Source: Rhynchobatus australiae (taxonomy: Eukaryota). From it: DNA of 64,000 nt. The notes under the pieces were generated by a model, which was given only the letters and a program-made list of their open reading frames with translations, did not search any database and was not told the DNA's origin. The stretch is taken from positions 38,522,191 to 38,586,190 of the forward strand of contig JAUZTB010000076.1 of assembly GCA_034780895.1 (NCBI GenBank), written 5' to 3'. This document shows positions 1 to 11,360 of this stretch, piece by piece; position 1 is the first letter of the stretch, and every line of letters starts with the position of its first letter. The position numbers and the translations under genes were made by a program.

Positions 1-479
1 ATAAATAACGTTTTAAAAACCCACACCAGAAAGAGATTTCTGTTACTTTTCTTTTTATCTTATTTGGATTTTCATTCCCCAAAGCAAAGATAGAANNNNN
101 NNNNNNNNNNNNNNNNNNNNNNNNNNNNNNNNNNNNNNNNNNNNNNNNNNNNNNNNNNNNNNNNNNNNNNNNNNNNNNNNNNNNNNNNNNNNNNNTAGAA
201 AGTCTCTTGATAGCTCATTTCTTTAGTGATGGTTCCTGCTGGACAACTAAGATCCAGAAGACACAGTTGGAAAATAACTTTTTGAACTTATTTTATTACT
301 TGGGAATACATTCACAATTAAATACACCAAAATATCAATTTACTTTAACAATAATCAATTTAGGAGGGATTTAAACTTGTGTTTCTGAATTAATGGTCCA
401 GATCTCTGAATATCATTTAACCACTATGCTCCTGAACCCATATTACTGGGGCAATTGTAATTTTAATTCTGAGATCAAT

Positions 480-870
480 GGAGTTTTATTGACCAAAGGT
501 ATGTGTGGACAATGGGTAAAGGTCCCATAGAACTGGATCTTCCTTAAACAGTGAGACTCAGCCTGTACATAATATTTCAGGTGTGGTCTAATCAGGGCGC
601 TATATATTTGCAGTATGATGCCTTTACTGTTGAACTCAAATCCTCTTGCAATGAAGCCAACATGCAATTTGCCTCACCGATTGTTTGCTGCATCTGCATA
701 TTAACTCCATTGTTTTGTGTGCAAGTGTATCCAGATTCCTTTGAGTGTCAACAGTTTCAATCCCTCACCATTTGAAACATACTCTGCTTTTCTGTTTTTA
801 TTCTACTGAATGGTTGACATTGCATTTCTCTGCATTGTATTTCCATTTGCCATGCCTTTGTCTATTCATT
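480..870 (-). mobile_element. Degraded CR1 LINE ORF2 3' fragment
   Basis: Translation GFIARGFEFNSKGIILQIYSALIRPHLKYYVQ resembles the CR1 ORF2 C-terminus, also seen at 25300-25400. Confidence 0.75.
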
Positions 871-1239
871 TAGTACATTCACTTCCTGTACAAGGAATCT
901 TGAAATATTTGCTTTCCATTCAAAATTCCAATGGATATTCCTGTGCCGACAAGTCTGAAAGAAGTGTTTACTTGTAAGTATTCCTCATGCTGCTAAAGTT
1001 GGCACTCTAAAAAGATTTCCAGTGGTAATACTTTCAATAATATGCAGAGCTCAACTTGTAATTTTGATATTTTGATATAATTTTGAGTCCAGCATGTTGT
1101 TGTAGGCTATGGCCACAGAGTGGTACACTTCCACAAATCTCCCAGCTTCTGAACTGTCTCTTCCAACCCAGCAGCTATTTGTTTCTGCAGATAAATTTGA
1201 TTTAAATATCAGTATCTCTACTTGTTTTCCCTACTTTCT

Positions 1240-1545
1240 TAAGACACCTCCTGAACTGGTTCTTGAACTGACCTGCACAACATTAACCCTACCTCAGCAA
1301 TGGAACACTACAGACCACTCTTGCACTAACATGAACTTGTCTCTGATTGCATCTTTTATTTTGCAAATAGGCCTTGTTTTTGCACAGTCCTTTTCTCTCT
1401 CTCTTTTCGCTGTCTTGTATAATTTATGTACAATTTATATTCTGTGTGTTGTCTGTACCTCTGTGCCTCTGATGCTGCTGCAAGCAAGTTTTTCATTGTA
1501 CCTGCACCTCACTGTACTTGTGCACATGACAATAAACTCAAGTTG
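1240..1545 (+). mobile_element. 3' end of an interspersed non-LTR retroelement
   Basis: Resembles a common chondrichthyan LINE 3' tail ending atgacaataaactc; family not determined. Confidence 0.4.
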
Positions 1546-2216
1546 GCTTGTTCTTCTGTTCCACTGGTTCCTATGCCTCACTGGTGCCCAGAGCCTCCCA
1601 TCTTTACTCTCTGTGAGATATAAAAGGAATAATGAGTGATAACAGTATTGAGATAGGAATCTGGGGGCTATAGGAGGGATTCGGTGATGGGTTGACTGTG
1701 AAAGGCAATATGAGAATTGAGGGGTAAGGAACAATATAAAAGTGATAGGAGAAAGGGACTGTAGATGCATGACATCGATGATGCAGGGTGTGGGGCTGAG
1801 GAAACATTATGTAATAGGCTGGACAGCCAGTCTGTCATATCACTTTCTACTGCTGTTCTTCATCATGGCTGAATCTGTGTTTCATTAAACCACCTCTGCA
1901 CCATTGGGCGGACTAATCTGGAGCCCCTCCACTTATGAATCTGTCTGGATCACTTCCAAGAACTGTCAGCCACACGAACCAGAAAAAGTTGTGGCTCATG
2001 AAGTGTGGCAGTCCTCTTCCCTACAACTCACTAGATATCCACTCCATGGCAAAAAGCAAAGCAGATCAACACTAAATTCCACAATAAAGTCTAAAAATCT
2101 GTGCGGCCTCTTAGCTTCAGAATTTTCCTAATGTACGACTCCTTTCATTCCTTTCCAGTCTGTATCATTTGAGTATCATAATTCTTTTTCTGATAAACAG
2201 ATCTATTAAAACCCAT

Positions 2217-2424
2217 GACACAAGAGATTCTGCAGACGCCGGAAGCAACACACACAAGATGCTGGAGGAACTCAGCAGGTTAGGCAGCATCTATGGAAGG
2301 AAATAAACAGTTGACATTTTGGGTCAAGTCCTAATGAAGGGTCTTGACCCTAAATATCAACTGTTTATTTCCCCCATCGATGCTGCCTGACCTTCAGAGT
2401 TCCTCCAGCATTTTGAGTGTGTTG
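2217..2424. mobile_element. Palindromic Penelope-derived short element with 14-bp TSD
   Basis: Long inverted arms (gcaacacacacaagatgctggaggaactc... / ...gagttcctccagcattttgagtgtgttg); ctattaaaacccat directly repeated at 2203-2216 and 2425-2438. Confidence 0.75.
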
Positions 2425-3300
2425 CTATTAAAACCCATATTAGCCTGAAGAAAACAAAGGCCATCAAAATCTAAACAATAAGGCAATTTCTTATCAGAAA
2501 TCACAAGGCAATGCATTTCTGTGCAAAATGCATGAGCTAGGGGTAGTGACTTGATTGACCTGTTTTGTCTTGTAAATAAGTGGTATCCATTTACGAAAGC
2601 TGTGTTGGTGGTGAGATAAGCAATTGACTCCCAGTGTTGTGATTACCCACCTAGAGCCTTCATGGTTGGAGTAATTGAATTTAGTAATTATATAGGCAAT
2701 ATATTAAGCCATTACCTTTGCTAACTCCTGAGTGGAAAATTGCTAAAGCCTCACTAGATTCCTCTGAATGTTGCAACTGGATGCTGTTACTTATTACATT
2801 AGAAATTTTACTTAACAACTGATAAATTGGGGAGACCAAAATATCTTATGCATTAAACTTCAATGGAAAACCACAGTTGTCAGATTTAAGGTTCAGTAAA
2901 ATGTTAACACCTGTACAGTTTAAACCAGAATAATTCTCCATCTCCTATTGGTAAATTACTCTCACTGCTACCAGTGAGAGTAATTTATAGTGTTAATGTT
3001 ATTGTGGGACATACTGTATTATTGTGTTGAATGTACAGGAATTTCCCATTCAGCTAAAGTTGAGTTATTATGTTGAGCTGAATTCTGGTGACAATTTCAG
3101 TAGGACGTTTTCCCTGGCTGTATACAGGTAGCTTCCTCAGGCATTGAATACTGTAGTCAGGAATACATTATGCTGACAATGGGTACACAAAATAGGTAAA
3201 AGTTCCATTGCACAGTGTGGTGTGCTTAAAAAGTGCAGAAAAATGGGAGTTCAAAAGAAACATGACATTTATACATAGACCACAATTCAGTTTTTTAAAC

Positions 3301-3306
3301 TTTATT
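3301..3306 (-). promoter_or_regulatory. Candidate distal polyadenylation signal AATAAA
   Basis: AATAAA on minus, upstream TGTA motifs, downstream ttgtggtctatgt...tgtttcttttg. Confidence 0.55.
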
Positions 3307-3764
3307 TCAATTTCAAAAAAAAGCGACATTTAACATTTTAAACAGTTATTACAGTACAATTTCCATACTGTATAGAATTTAATTTTTTTAATTTATAAAT
3401 GGCCAGACCATTTCTTTAATACATAATACATTAAAACATAATTGCATATTCATAATTATGTGCAATGAACCAACAGGGAAAACAGCCACTGAGGAAATGA
3501 CATATATATTTGTATATATATTTATATTTAAAAAATCAGTATTTACAAAATAGCACGCAACATCAATGGAGCTATTTCTTATTTTTGTTTCGGTTTTCTC
3601 CCTTTCTTCCGAAGGTGTTGACTCATGCTGGGATATGGTTTCACAGGCCCAAAGGTACCTCACCCCTAGTAGCCATTCAGTGTGTGTGCTTCATAGTGGG
3701 TGACCTGACAATCAATGTTGACAAGCTATCAAACCATGAAAGGTATGGCAGTGAGCGTGAGATA

Positions 3765-3862
3765 AAAACAGTTAAAATGTTGGAAATATTCAGCAGGTCG
3801 GGCAGCATCTGCAGAGAGAGAAACAGAATTAATGATTCAGGTTGATGATCTTTCATCAGAAC
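3765..3862 (-). mobile_element. Penelope-derived repeat fragment (same family as 2217-2424)
   Basis: cagcaggtcgggcagcatctgcagagagagaaacaga...tttcatcagaac. Confidence 0.65.
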
Positions 3863-5355
3863 CAGAATCATTCAGTGAGCATGACCCTGATCTAATCAAT
3901 ATCCACAGATGTGCTCTTTCCAGTAGGTGCCACTGCATAGTAATCAGGAATGAGGTCCCTAGCCAATATTTCCCTGCCTAGTCCAGGGGACATGAGGGCT
4001 AATTTGTAGCACTTCAACTTTTGTCCAGCTGAGATTAACTGATGCAGACCAAGAACAAGACTTCTAATTTGCACTACATGCTTTTATAGCAGGCATTGCC
4101 TTTACCCAGGAGAATATTAATGTACTACAGGACTATTCAAATCTATAAGGCAAAAGACAGCCAGAATTGGTCAGGTCTGATTATTTTTCTCAAATCCCTA
4201 GAAGTACATTCACAATGCACAACAACTGTGCAGAGTAGTGCTCCAATGGTCCAAAAAATACAGAGAACAATCACTTTCTCTTTCATACCCAAAATAATTT
4301 GAAGGATGTGTATGGTGTAATAAGGAACAGACTTCCAAAGGTGTTACAGTTCCTTCTTTATCAGTGCTGAGGGAGTATTTCAAGGGAGGAGTGTAACTCC
4401 ACATCAGAATAAAATGTTTCCTTTAAAACCAGCTCTCCGTCCCAAGTGTAGCAGCAACACTTTAGATTGTACTTTCTTCAGCAGGTGGGTTGACTTCAAG
4501 TGTGAAGGCACACACAGCTGCAACTCTTCCAATGCTGGAAATGCTGACTGGTATTTGATGCTGCAGCAGATAGTCTGCACAGGTCACCAGGACCTCGTTT
4601 GTTTCATTGGCCTTTTCAGGGAGGCTGTAACACCTCTGCTGTTCCGTCTGCCAGCGACCATACATTAACTAGCTTCTAAGATGTTGTCACTTGTATTTAA
4701 GCCACCATCTGAGGCATGGTTACCATCTGAGACTTGGATCAAAACCACATATCTGACTCACATCTTGCAACATATCTCGCTGCCCTTGACAGCAGGATGA
4801 ATGTTTTGCTCACATTCTCAAGTTGCGACCAAAGTGCGGTTCCCAACTCACTAAAAATATAAGCTACTTAAAGGATCACCACTAACTTTGTGTGGTGAAC
4901 TTTGTACTGACCCTGTATTTCAAAATATTTCATTTTGATTAATATTTCTTTAGAGTCATTCAGTGACTGAAATGGAGATATGTTTAATGGAGTACATGCA
5001 AAATGATTGTCTTCATAATTATCCAGACACTTTATATGGTACTCCAGCTTAGATTCAGATGCCACAAGGTACTAAATTTTAGTTATGCAAATCTTCTTTG
5101 GCTGGGACAAGAGTTTGGGGAGGAAATATTAATTTACACATTCAAAGCAATTTCATGTGGTCCAAATCCTCTTTGTAACAAGACAGGACTTGAGCTTTAA
5201 AGCAATGCATTTTCGGCAGATGTGTAAATGCAAATCTGTTTTATGATTAATTGAGCAAACACTTCTGGGTGCACATGAGAGATAAAAAGAAAATCCAAGG
5301 TAGATAATATGTCTATTTTTTCACAACGTATTTTCTACATTTAAATCATTTTGCT

Positions 5356-5361
5356 TTTATT
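5356..5361 (-). promoter_or_regulatory. Candidate proximal polyadenylation signal AATAAA
   Basis: AATAAA on minus ~940 nt after the stop, with a T-rich tract downstream. Confidence 0.35.
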
Positions 5362-6299
5362 TTGTAAAAATTGCCACCACATCACCAAAGCAAATTTTTT
5401 TTTTAAGAAGCTGCCGGAACTAGAAATCACATTAGAATGTTGTAACTTTTTGCACTGACAGAAAACTGACATAACATTCCAGACTGGAGAGTTAACATTG
5501 GAACTGCACAATAAGTTAATCTGCAGCTGAAAGATATTATTTTAGAACCAGTCCTAAGGGTCCCATCTGAAATGTCAGCTTTGACTGACCCCTTTTACAT
5601 TTTATGATATAAAATCCGGTATTATTGGATTTTCCTCTCTGCAAAGTTAACAGGCCTGACTTTCTGTTTGAGGAAACAAAATATTTATCCAGTATTATTG
5701 CACACCTCCCCTCTCTCTGCCCCTCTTTTCCTCTGAAACATAGCATTGCTTGGCAAAATTATTCTCAATCATTATCTGGGAGTTATCAAGATGGACAGGT
5801 TTCCAACATCAAATTTTTTTAATATAAAACTTAAACAACTGGCATCAATACTGGTAGGTTCAGGGGCTAAAAATTCAGAGAATACAGTGTATTTTCTTGG
5901 ACAATTCTACTGAAATACAATGCTACATGTTCAAAGGGGCATAGCCTACAGGTTAATAATGATGTCTCTGAAATGCCTATAACAGCTGGAATACAGACAT
6001 TTGGAGTTAAGAGTGTATGGGGAGGTGATTACCAAATTACAAATACATTTGTTACACTGTAAAATACGAAATGTTACCAATGTCACATCAATCATATAAT
6101 AATACTGCAGGACTGTTCTGCGCTTTCTGGTGTTACTCCAACTTCCAGTTGTTGTTGGAAATGTTCTGGCCATATGGAACAGAAGTTTGAAATCAGAGAG
6201 TAAAAGTTTGTTTTGCGGGTTCAGTCCTTAGTGACTCCTAATTGAGTTTAAAAAGCTGTCCGGTGAGTAGCATCAAACACTGGGCAGAGGTGCGAGACT

Positions 6300-6322
6300 T
6301 CAGTTGTCTGCCATGTATTTCC
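6300..6322 (-). CDS. SGIP1: SGIP1 last coding exon (G)KYMADN*
   Basis: gttttgtctcttctacag acceptor; TGA at 6302-6300; human ends GKYLADN. Confidence 0.93.
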
Positions 6323-6677
6323 CTGTAGAAGAGACAAAACTAGATTAAGAAATACTGGTGTCACAGTTATGAATTAAGAAATTCTCATTGTGGCAGATCG
6401 CTGAGATAGCTGACGTGGACAAAAAGTGTCTAAGGCAGAGGGAAAGACACTATGGTCAGATTGAACTGTATCAATCTGACCACAGTGTCAACACTTGTCC
6501 TTGGAATCTCCTTGGGTGTTCTCTGGATTGATTGCCCTAACTTCAGTGCAATCTCTGGACAGATGCTTTGTTTCAGGCCATCTGCCACTGAAGTCACCTG
6601 GCTGGCTGAGGGAAGTGCCAATGAAATTCCTGCTTTGACTTTTGAGGGACTGATCATGTCCATTCCAATGGTGAAGG

Positions 6678-6733
6678 AGTACTGTGTGATACTGGGGCAC
6701 TGCGTGATACTGGGGCACTGCGTGATACTGGGG
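6678..6733. repeat. 18-bp tandem repeat, about 3 copies (cactgcgtgatactgggg)
   Basis: Directly visible; produces the repeated peptides in the overlapping ORFs. Confidence 0.9.
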
Positions 6734-8639
6734 GTCTTTGTTCCATGTAAGTCTGGCAGGCGTGCTGTGCAAGTGACAACCTTGGGACAGCTGGCAGCAG
6801 GATATGTTTCAGGGAGCCGGGTTGCAAGAGAGTGAATCCCTCTCTGCCTGGCTGATCCAATCACCTGAAAGTATTTGCCCACATCTGACCTAAAGTGCTA
6901 GTCAGCGTCTTATTCATGTCCTAAAGCTGTGTTTTCTGAGTTGGAAAGAAGCTGATGCTTAACAGTGGAGTAGGTGATGGAAGACAGCTGGCTCTGCTGC
7001 CAGTGTCAATGGGATGGGAAGACCGGCCTACTAATTGCTGGACCAACATTAGATGGATGGTATTCCAACAAGAAGGATCAGGTTGTGGGTGTGCTGTTGT
7101 GGGCAGGGTTTCCTCGGTGCATCTTGCTGTGGGCAGGGCCACAATGAGCCCCTTTATACAGTAATAACAGAAGATCCTGAAGCAGTACAGGTTCATTGGG
7201 GCAAACTGCCTCCAATAACTATGGACACCGTATCAAATGAGTATGAAAGAGTAAATGGGAACATATAACTCTTGATCTACCAATACCTATTTCTGAAATC
7301 TGAGCATTAAACTCGAAAGGCAACAATCCACACCATACACAAAATAACATAATAGTTAAGTGTTTTCACCAAAAACTTGATATGCACACTTAAATTTTAG
7401 AGGCAAACATTTCCTACTCCCCGAAGGAACTTGGATACAATTCCTCCCTATCCACAGGAACCACTTCTTTTGACAATCAGAGATACTTAGAAACAGCTGA
7501 AAATATTTAAATAATAAAGGTATTAGAAGTCATTGATAAAAATCAATTGAATAATACATACATTTAACACCACAGTAATACATGTAAATCAAGTAAAAAC
7601 ATTATTACTTATAAAAATAAGGCAAATGAAACAAACCTCCCACCTTTTTAGCGAAGGTTGGCCAACTGATTCAAGTGAAGGGGCTGCACTGGATGCAACA
7701 GCTATCAAGTGTTTCCAGCCTCCTCATCTCAGTCTATTGCTGAATCACTCCTGGACACAGTGATGAGTCCAGTGACAATACAAAGGGTCATCGGCACTGC
7801 TACCTGACCTCCAGCACCACGCCACACAGGCTTGGAGGTCCAGAGCATGCTGACATACACAATGCAGCTTGCCAGCGGTTCGCTACGAACCAACCAGCCG
7901 GTTGTCAGAACAATCTTGCTCATTAATTACCATCCTTGGGAACTCCAGCATTTAACTGGTCCTGAAGGGCACAATGAAACAATGCAGTTAGAGTCTATGA
8001 CTCATGGGTTTTGTCCCGAGGTTCATGTCTTACTCCCCAGTGATGCAAACCTTATGTGGCAGATGTTGACACTGAATGCCGAGTGGGGGATCACTCCTGC
8101 AGTCTCCTGTGATCAGACTGCCATCATCTACAGCAGGCGCTCCCAAAATATCTCAGTAGCCACCAACTGCAAAAAAACAGAGTCGCTTCTGCTTGAGTAG
8201 AGTTCATCCCCAAGTCATTGGAGCCAGTACCTCTGTAGATTATTGGAGACTCCAGAATTAATCCAGAAAGTTCTCAAATATTCAAAGTTGTGGATTTCAT
8301 TAGGAATCCCTGTGAACTGTTATGATCCTGGCTCAAGGGTAGGTAGGAGACAGTGCTCCTGTTAAAACTTAGAGTGAAACTAATAAATCATTTTTCAAAT
8401 AGTTCACTTCCAAGGATTTCTTTTGAAAGTGAATTGTTTCTCCATGTACATTGTTTCTAATGATGTGGGCAACAGCATTGCAAAACGTGGAGGAGTTTCT
8501 CCTTGATCCTGGAGAATCAGATGGGTACAATCCCAGCAGAGCTGCTAGAATGGTCCGCCAGTAGATTTTGGCGGGGTCATGTGTGAGAGGAACTAACTGG
8601 ACCAACTTCTTGAAAGAGGGCTGAATAAGACAAGGTACC

Positions 8640-8909
8640 TTCATTAGTCACATGTACAGTACACCGAAACACACAGTGAGATGCATCTTATGCGTGGGGT
8701 GTTCTAGGGCAGCCTGCAAGTGTCACCAAGCTTCCAACGCCAGCATAGCATGCCCACAACTTCCTAACTCCTACGTCTTTGGAATGTGGGAGGAAACTGG
8801 AGCACCTAGACAGACACGGGGAGAACATACAAACTCCTTACAGACAGTGGCGGGAATTGAACCCGGGTCGCTGGCACTGTAATAGGATTACGCTAACTGC
8901 TACACTACT
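8640..8909 (-). mobile_element. tRNA-derived V-domain SINE (HE1-like)
   Basis: Minus strand shows a tRNA-like head with B box (ggttcaattcc) and the V-core gagtttgtatgttctccccgtgtct...ccagtttcctcccacattccaaagacgt. Confidence 0.8.
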
Positions 8910-9872
8910 NNNNNNNNNNNNNNNNNNNNNNNNNNNNNNNNNNNNNNNNNNNNNNNNNNNNNNNNNNNNNNNNNNNNNNNNNNNNNNNNNNNNNNNNNNN
9001 NNNNNNNNNNNNNNNNNNNNNNNNNNNNNNNNNNNNNNNNNNNNNNNNNNNNNNNNNNNNNNNNNNNNNNNNNNNNNNNNNNNNNNNNNNNNNNNNNNNN
9101 NNNNNNNNNNNNNNNNNNNNNNNNNNNNNNNNNNNNNNNNNNNNNNNNNNNNNNNNNNNNNNNNNNNNNNNNNNNNNNNNNNNNNNNNNNNNNNNNNNNN
9201 NNNNNNNNNNNNNNNNNNNNNNNNNNNNNNNNNNNNNNNNNNNNNNNNNNNNNNNNNNNNNNNNNNNNNNNNNNNNNNNNNNNNNNNNNNNNNNNNNNNN
9301 NNNNNNNNNNNNNNNNNNNNNNNNNNNNNNNNNNNNNNNNNNNNNNNNNNNNNNNNNNNNNNNNNNNNNNNNNNNNNNNNNNNNNNNNNNNNNNNNNNNN
9401 NNNNNNNNNNAAAGTCAAGATAGTTTTATTTGTTTGAAGCTTAATTATGAATTAATGGTTGACGTATCTTTAACTCCATACCTACTGGTGCGGAGGACCA
9501 GATTTGCAACTCTGCCCTATAAAGTACTGGAAAAGATTTTCTTTCTCTTGATTGAAAGTAGGGATCTTCCACACTTTCTTTCCGAAAGCAAGGATAGCTC
9601 TATTTCAAAACTTTCTTTGTATTTTCATTATACAAACTCTAATTTTATTTCAAATCATTTTTAGTTTTGCTCCCACTGATCTCCCTCTTTATGCATCTGA
9701 ACACCACGTATAAATATCCAATGAGGAGAGAGGGTAACTGAGCTACTCCTAGGCCTTTACTATAACCTGTTCAAACACAGATCTTTTCCAGATTTTGAGT
9801 TTATTTTTACACTGCTGGGAGCAGAAAGAGACTGTAATAGAGATTTATAATTAGAAGTTTAGTACAAGTTAC

Positions 9873-9937
9873 CTCCATTTTCAGATTTCTGGGATAAATC
9901 TGGGATCTTCCAGAGTATTCTATGTTGTTCGGCATTC
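9873..9937 (-). CDS. SGIP1: SGIP1 muHD exon (W)[21 protein letters not shown]
   Basis: tttgtttttcaag acceptor, AG|GTAACT donor; 65 nt. Confidence 0.95.
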
Positions 9938-9999
9938 CTTGAAAAACAAAGGGCAGTTAGGATTTCACTTAGAAAACTTCGAACTATTGAGATAAAGAA

Positions 10000-10510
10000 G
10001 AACTGTCTAAACACTCAGCAGGTGATCCGCAGAAAGAGAAGCAGAGTTAATGCTTTAGGTTAAAGATCCTTTGTCAGAACTGGGAAAGTTGGGTTCAAGT
10101 TGTAGAGTGGGTGGGAATGGATGAGTACGACAAAAGGAACATCTCTGATAGAGCTGCTTGGCCTAATTGGAGGATCTCAGGTATGTTCATACTCAAGGAA
10201 CTGTTCTCATCATATCCGGAGATCCATGCTTAATGCCATGTGCTGGCACATGCATGCCCTTGACCCCTCTCTGCAAGACACCAACTGACTTTATCTTGAA
10301 ACTGTTGGGTCTGTATTCGTACTTCACTGAATGGAAATCCTGAACACACCCTATTGGAGATGCTCCTTTTGTCCTATCCATTCCTCTCTCATCCATTCAG
10401 CAACTTAAAACTAACTTGTCTCCTCCCTTTCCTACTTCTGATGAAAGGTCTTTGACCTGCTTCTCTTTCCACATATTTCAGCTTTCTGGCATCTGCAGTT
10501 TTGTTTTGAC
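10000..10510. mobile_element. Penelope-derived element with inverted arms
   Basis: gacaaaaggaacatctctgatag (10128) is inverted against ctattggagatgctccttttgtc (10351); CTGATGAAAGGTCTTTGACCT at 10438. Confidence 0.6.
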
Positions 10511-10719
10511 TTTCAAATCCTGCCGAGATTGTTTCTCAGTCCTGAAGGTGCTGATTCATACTAGGGAGATGTTTCGAGGTGTGGGGGAGTTTCCTGATGA
10601 TTTGTGCCTCGACTAAGTGATTGCTTTAACATGTAATAGGTGGGTGAGCGCCAGAAGGATATGCAACTATAAGATTCAATCCTATCCTGTCAGTGCATGC
10701 ACACTTTCTGGCAGATTTC

Positions 10720-11360
10720 AGTGTAAGTAGAAAATGAAATTTAACATGCAGAAGTATGGAATGAATCATGTCAGGAGAAAGAATGTGGAAAGGTAACAAA
10801 CTAAATTTAAAGATGATGCAGAAGCAGATCCTTGGAGTGCATTCACACAGATCTTTGAATGCAGCAGGACCAATGTGAAGATTAATAATTAGGTATGGAA
10901 GGTTCTGCTAAGATCTATAAAACATACAATGCTGCAGCTGTACTGAGAACACATATATTAGGATGGATATAAAGGCTTTATGAAGGGTACACAGGAAATA
11001 TATTAAAATGCTGCTGGGATGCTGGACTTAAGGACAGTGGTGAGACCAGGAAAGCTGGAAATGTTTTCCTGTGTCCAGTGGCAAAAGGGATGGGAATCAG
11101 AGACCAAGTTTTAAAGTAACTAGCAAAAGAACCAAAAGAGAAAAAAAACTATACATGAAGTTGTGAGACAATCTGTAACGCAGCAGCTGAATGGAAGATT
11201 CCATGTAAGTTGCAAATGGAAACTGGGTAGTTCCTTGCAGGAGAAGGAGATACAGGTCAATGGGAAAGAGCAAACAAGTGGGATTAATTGGATACCTTTT
11301 TTAACGAGCCGACAATGGGTCAAAAGGTATTTGTTTAAGTGGTGTCATTCTATGATTCCA
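10720..11360 (+). mobile_element. Old CR1 LINE 3' fragment
   Basis: aaaatgaaatttaacatgcagaagta... (QMKFN..KC-like) and a CR1-type 3' tail ending attctatgattc. Confidence 0.55.

Larger units (their letters stand above)
3280..6299 (-). other. SGIP1: Putative SGIP1 3'UTR (~3 kb)
   Basis: Follows the stop codon; AT-rich and largely repeat-poor; ends at an AATAAA with downstream TG/T-rich sequence. The extent is inferred. Confidence 0.55.

Noticed and set aside
1109-1639. 176-aa hydrophobic ORF
   Set aside because: Runs through a T-rich retroelement 3' tail; no domain or splice support.
6678-6733. Short direct repeats as a possible CRISPR-like array
   Set aside because: The units are contiguous with no spacers, and the context is vertebrate with no cas genes.
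6430-6882. Four overlapping ORFs with repeated peptides (CPSITQ / HCVILG)
   Set aside because: Explained by the 18-bp tandem repeat, which is a multiple of 3; intronic, with no recognisable homology.
8779-9423. Long ORFs made mostly of X, here and at other gaps
   Set aside because: Artifacts of translating N runs.
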